Assembly: GCA_965237745.1 (NCBI GenBank)
Contig: CBDEGL010000003.1
Span: forward strand, 13,470-77,469
Length of the DNA: 64,000 bases
Reading direction: 5' to 3'
Source of the DNA: Dehalococcoidia bacterium
GTDB lineage: Bacteria > Chloroflexota > Dehalococcoidia > Lucifugimonadales > UBA3495
In this document: positions 60,176 to 64,000 of the stretch, in pieces
Layout: every line of letters starts with the position of its first letter
How positions within the stretch are numbered: the stretch's first letter is position 1
The notes under the pieces: generated by a model
The model's input: only the letters and a program-made list of their open reading frames with translations
Told to the model about the DNA's origin: nothing
Databases searched by the model: none
Translations under genes and position numbers: made by a program

Positions 60176-61030
60176 CTACGTTGGGTCGGCTACCTGACCC
60201 TCTGGTCCGCCCAAGAATACCCACAGACGCGATACCGCATCCTGGTCATCTCTGTGCTTCAAGTCACACAGAAAGTCCTCTGCGATTACCCACTGAGCAC
60301 CTTCGCCGGCGTCCTGACGAACCATAGCCGCATACTCGAGTGCGGTTCGGGCCCTCGCAAGCCTCGCGGCATAGGTGCGTGTGCGTGGTGTTTCAGGAGG
60401 GACTTCAACCCGTTCCCACCAAATGGAAGGCACACCGCGCGTTGTGTGGTCGCCACGAATTGGATTCCGGCACACTTGGCAAAATACTCCATCAGAATCG
60501 GCGAATGTTTTTGGGGCAGCATGGTGGTGGCAATCAACGGCCAAGGGTAGCCTGATTGGATGGCCGGGGTGATACCAGTGTGTCCACCAATCTGTCAGTT
60601 TCCAAGCTACGTCGGCTAGACGCTTGCCGCCCAGCATATCGAAGGTTAACCACCTCCCTTCCTTGGCCCGTCTGTCGTCTGCATTGTCTTGGGCGTCGCC
60701 TTCGTAGAGGTGACCGGGCTGAACGCAAAAGGGGCGGTGACAGAGATGGTTAATGTTGTGTGGGGTATGCCCGAGGCGGTTCGCCTCCAAGTAAGCTTGC
60801 CGGTGACGCTGCCCCTGAGCATACCCCCCACCGGTTAGCGATCCTCGCCATAAAAGGCAATCGCCGGCGGCGGGGAGGTGATTATTGACGGGCGGCGGCA
60901 CGGCCAGCAGGTGCATATCTTCGAATCGAGTTCCCCCAGCAGGCACAGGCCAAGCCGTTGCAATCTCCCCGTAGTGCCAGCGGATAAGGCAGTCTCTCAG
61001 GCAAGCGTATTCGTTAAAAGGCTTTGTCAT
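60176..61030 (-). CDS. HNH (His-Me finger) endonuclease-domain protein
   Basis: CLLWRGS...GY...HRQAY...NHLCHRPFCVQPGHLYEGDAQDNADD. Confidence 0.8.
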   Translation of the reverse strand: MTKPFNEYACLRDCLIRWHYGEIATAWPVPAGGTRFEDMHLLAVPPPVNNHLPAAGDCLLWRGSLTGGGYAQGQRHRQAYLEANRLGHTPHNINHLCHRPFCVQPGHLYEGDAQDNADDRRAKEGRWLTFDMLGGKRLADVAWKLTDWWTHWYHPGHPIRLPLAVDCHHHAAPKTFADSDGVFCQVCRNPIRGDHTTRGVPSIWWERVEVPPETPRTRTYAARLARARTALEYAAMVRQDAGEGAQWVIAEDFLCDLKHRDDQDAVSRLWVFLGGPEGQVADPT

Positions 61031-61067
61031 ACGTTTATTTGCCTCAATTGGGATCCTCCGGCGGTCT

Positions 61068-61574
61068 GCTCAACAACGGCGCTTGGCTGGCGGTACAGGT
61101 GATGGCCCACAATCTGGCCCGCTGGACGGCGCGGATCGGCTTGGGTGAGCAGGTGGTGACCACCAAGACCCTCCGGCGGCGGTTCTTCTCCCTGGCCGGA
61201 CGGCTCACCCGCTCGGCCCGCCGCCTCACCCTGCATCTGCCACAGCGCTGGCCCTGGGCAACCCAGTTCAGTTGCGCCCTCTCTCGATTGCGAGCTGTTC
61301 CATTTCCTGCCTGACGGCGCCCGTCCGCCACTGACCCAACGTCCCCGCCAACTCGCGCCAGTCCGGTCCGCGAGCGCCTCTTGTCGTGTCCGATCCCGCC
61401 ATCTCGCTCACCACAGCCACTGTAGGCCGCCATCGGCGTCCCTAAAAGCGCCTGCAGACCGTCGCCAACCTCCCATCTACGCGAATTCGAGCCCGGACCA
61501 TCCGCGTCTGTTACTTCCTCTCCCTCCTTCCAGTGTCCTCACCCCGTCCATCCCTGCCCTTCGGTGGATTCGGG
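61068..61574 (+). mobile_element. IS1380-like transposase C-terminal remnant and right end
   Basis: NGAWL...AHNL...KTLRRRFFSLAGRLTRSARRLTLHLP..WPW; end GGTGGATTCGGG. Confidence 0.72.
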
Positions 61575-61575
61575 C

Positions 61576-61725
61576 TAAACTAAAGCCAAGGTGAAATGCG
61601 CAGATGGTGAGGGTCAGACGACGGAGCCGGGTCATTCTCCAAGTACGGATGAGAGGGATTCACCCGCGCAACCCAGCTGATCACCATCGCCACTTAAATG
61701 TACATCCCACCTTGGCTTTAGTTTA
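61576..61725. mobile_element. 150-bp MITE, copy 2
   Basis: Inverted near-identical copy of 15374-15523. Confidence 0.88.
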
Positions 61726-61809
61726 GTGTCTCAGTTTGGCCTGTTCTTGATCGTGGACCTTAGCCAAACTGTGACACTACTCCACTATGCCGCTGTGCAG
61801 TTTCGTTCT

Positions 61810-63057
61810 TCAATTAAGAAGGACCGCGTACACGTCCCTTGTCAGCCCGCTATTCGGAAACCAGTGGCAGCCCTCGGCAATAATTACCGTCTTGCCAAAG
61901 ACTCTGGCGACAGGCTCCACATAGTCGGACAACTGCCACACCTCGCCGGTCTCAAGGCTGCGGGCGAACGCGCCCGTGCCAGGCGGCCGGCCCTCGTTGG
62001 TGACTACGTCGCAAGAGAAGCCCACCGTCCAAACCAAGTAGCTATCTGAGAGGGAAAGATAGCCGACATGGTGGTCGTCGATAATTGCCTGCTCCTCTCC
62101 GGTGACCAGGTTCAGCAGTTTTACCACCAAGGGCTTTTCCGGGTGATAGGACTTCCATATCAGGTTATCACCATGAATTATGGCATACGGGTTGTAGTAC
62201 CCAGTCTGAATCAGCGGCTTTTCCTCCCCGGTGCTGAACTCATAAGCGTAGATGTCGAAACGGTTCTCAGGGCAATCGCCACAGCCGAAATGTATCTCGT
62301 CCGAATCAGGCGCATCCAGCAGGGGATTGTTCCGGTTATCCGCCCACACCACGGTGTCGCCATAGATCACCGGACTTCGCTGCGAACCCCGCCGGACAGC
62401 GATGGGTATTTCCTGGTCCGTTTCAAGGTCGTAGGCGTAGACGTCGAAATCGTAATACTCCTCTTCAAGCTCATTTCTCGTGTCCGACCATGCCAGGCGA
62501 TGGCCGGAAATTCCCAAGCCATAGCGATTGGCGGGGACCTCGGTAATTCGCCGCTGTTCTCCGGTGGTCAAATCCAGCACAAATACGTCGTCGGCAAAGG
62601 TCAAGGCAGGGCGAACCGAATTGCGGTCAGGTATCTCAATCTGCCTGCGCTGGTCGGTCCAGGCCACGTAGTTCCCGGATATGACGGGCCATCTCTTCGG
62701 GTGTCCGTCATCGGTCAGCTGGCGCCGCTCCCCAGTGGTGATGTTCAACAGATACACCTCGCCGTCAGGGCCTGTGGCGACGTACTCATCGCCAATGGCG
62801 CCGGACGGCCAATAATCCGGGTCGAGGTCCACCCTCTTGAACCCGGACAATGAGGTACCCACAGGCGCGGGCTTTTCAGGCTTTGTCGTCGGCATCGGGG
62901 CGGGCGTAGATGAAGGCGTGGGTGTGGGTTCTTCAACGCCGGTCGGCGCCGGGGACGGGGTTTCCGTGGGTACCTCTGGAATCGGCGTATCCACGGGCGG
63001 CGCGGGCTGATTCCCGCCGCAGGAGGCCAGGAACAAGAGGACTGCGAAGCATAGCAA
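61810..63057 (-). CDS. Lipoprotein with Pro/Thr linker and beta-propeller repeats
   Basis: LASC lipobox; repeats PVISGNYVAWTD, DVYAYDLETDQE, PVIYGDTVVWADNRN, DIYAYEFSTGEE. Confidence 0.8.
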   Translation of the reverse strand: MLCFAVLLFLASCGGNQPAPPVDTPIPEVPTETPSPAPTGVEEPTPTPSSTPAPMPTTKPEKPAPVGTSLSGFKRVDLDPDYWPSGAIGDEYVATGPDGEVYLLNITTGERRQLTDDGHPKRWPVISGNYVAWTDQRRQIEIPDRNSVRPALTFADDVFVLDLTTGEQRRITEVPANRYGLGISGHRLAWSDTRNELEEEYYDFDVYAYDLETDQEIPIAVRRGSQRSPVIYGDTVVWADNRNNPLLDAPDSDEIHFGCGDCPENRFDIYAYEFSTGEEKPLIQTGYYNPYAIIHGDNLIWKSYHPEKPLVVKLLNLVTGEEQAIIDDHHVGYLSLSDSYLVWTVGFSCDVVTNEGRPPGTGAFARSLETGEVWQLSDYVEPVARVFGKTVIIAEGCHWFPNSGLTRDVYAVLLN

Positions 63058-63127
63058 CGCCAGGGCAGGCAGCCTGGAATTCCCGGAGGGCTTGTTGTAA
63101 AGCTGGACTCCCCACTAACCTAAACTG

Positions 63128-64000
63128 TCACGCCGGCGGGACCTCTGATGCGTGGGGGACACCCGATGGCAAGGCATCTGATAGGGGCACCAACTGGTAG
63201 CCGAGTTGCGCGGCCCGCCGTTTTGCAGCGCGCAGTGCCCTATGCTGATACTGACTCTCGTAGTATTCTGCGCCGGCATCCACGTACTGCTGGCCGTACC
63301 GCAGCATGGAGTAGATGATGCGGGCCAGCTTGTGCGCTGTCGCCGTGATGGCCTTGGGCGCTCCCAGGTGGGCCTTCTTTCGGCGCAGGAAGGCGCCCAG
63401 GGCGCTGTCGGAGCGGTGCAGCGCGTTGGCTGCCAGGCGTAATGCCGCAGCTGCCCGGTTGGCGCTGGGCTTGGTCTTTGAGCTCATGACTTTGCCACCG
63501 GTGATGCGGTTGTTGGGGCTGAGTCCCAACCAGGATGCGAAGTGTTTGGCGCTCTCCCATTTCGTCATGTCCGTGCCGACTTCGCTGACCACCTTCAACG
63601 CCGTGAAACCGTCCACGCCGTCGATCCGGGTCAGGTCCACCCCGGTCATCCGGTACAGTGGGCTTTGGACATCGAAGCGGGGCGCATTCTTCTGATTGCG
63701 CTTTTTGCCATTGGGAGCCGGAGGCTCGCCGTCGCTGCGGTCTTCAAACTGCTCCAACCGGGCTTCAATCTCCCGGTCGCACTCGGCAATCTTGCCCTGA
63801 TACACCCGGTACAGTTCCACGGCCTGGGCCAGTTCGAAGATGTGCTCCTCCCGCCAGTGGCCCTGTAGCGACTTGGCGATGGTCGCCTCGTCCGCCTTGA
63901 TCCTGGGATCGCGCAACCGGGCCAGCTTCCGCGGGTCCCTTTCCCCGCCCGCGATGGCCTCAATGATGTCCATGCCGGTCTTGCCGGTGATGTCGCTGAT
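63128..64000 (-). CDS. IS110-family recombinase/transposase (5' end outside the window)
   Basis: ISDITGKTG..II.AI..GERDP; LTRIDGV; FASWLGLSP...TGGK; AITATAHKLARIIY. Confidence 0.9.
   Translation of the reverse strand: MSDITGKTGMDIIEAIAGGERDPRKLARLRDPRIKADEATIAKSLQGHWREEHIFELAQAVELYRVYQGKIAECDREIEARLEQFEDRSDGEPPAPNGKKRNQKNAPRFDVQSPLYRMTGVDLTRIDGVDGFTALKVVSEVGTDMTKWESAKHFASWLGLSPNNRITGGKVMSSKTKPSANRAAAALRLAANALHRSDSALGAFLRRKKAHLGAPKAITATAHKLARIIYSMLRYGQQYVDAGAEYYESQYQHRALRAAKRRAAQLGYQLVPLSDALPSGVPHASEVPPA

Overview
High-GC window dominated by mobile DNA. The LLM oxidoreductase, family-5 ABC transporter with a Pro/Thr/Ala linker and plant-type LRR lipoproteins suggest a SAR202/Dehalococcoidia-like Chloroflexota, possibly host-associated (inference). 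About 4-27 kb looks like an integrated or decaying plasmid/phage-like replicon. It carries a ParB-MTase fusion, a winged-helix/PD-(D/E)xK protein, small hypothetical genes and two paralogous ParA-RHH cassettes. Its replication operon (HTH initiator + own DnaB) has intragenic 108-bp-periodic palindromes that recur around a symmetric AT-rich candidate origin downstream of dnaB. The rest is a mosaic of two inverted IS21 copies, IS630s, IS110s, IS1202/IS481-like and IS1380/IS1182 remnants, MITEs stacked at CTAG/TA sites, and serine/tyrosine recombinases. Cargo includes an HDC-like decarboxylase fused to ACT domains and apparently lacking the catalytic-loop Tyr, a B12 radical SAM enzyme, RecD2, RecQ, an HNH protein and an ABC peptide transporter. 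No rRNA, tRNA or CRISPR array was seen. All calls come from motif reading only.
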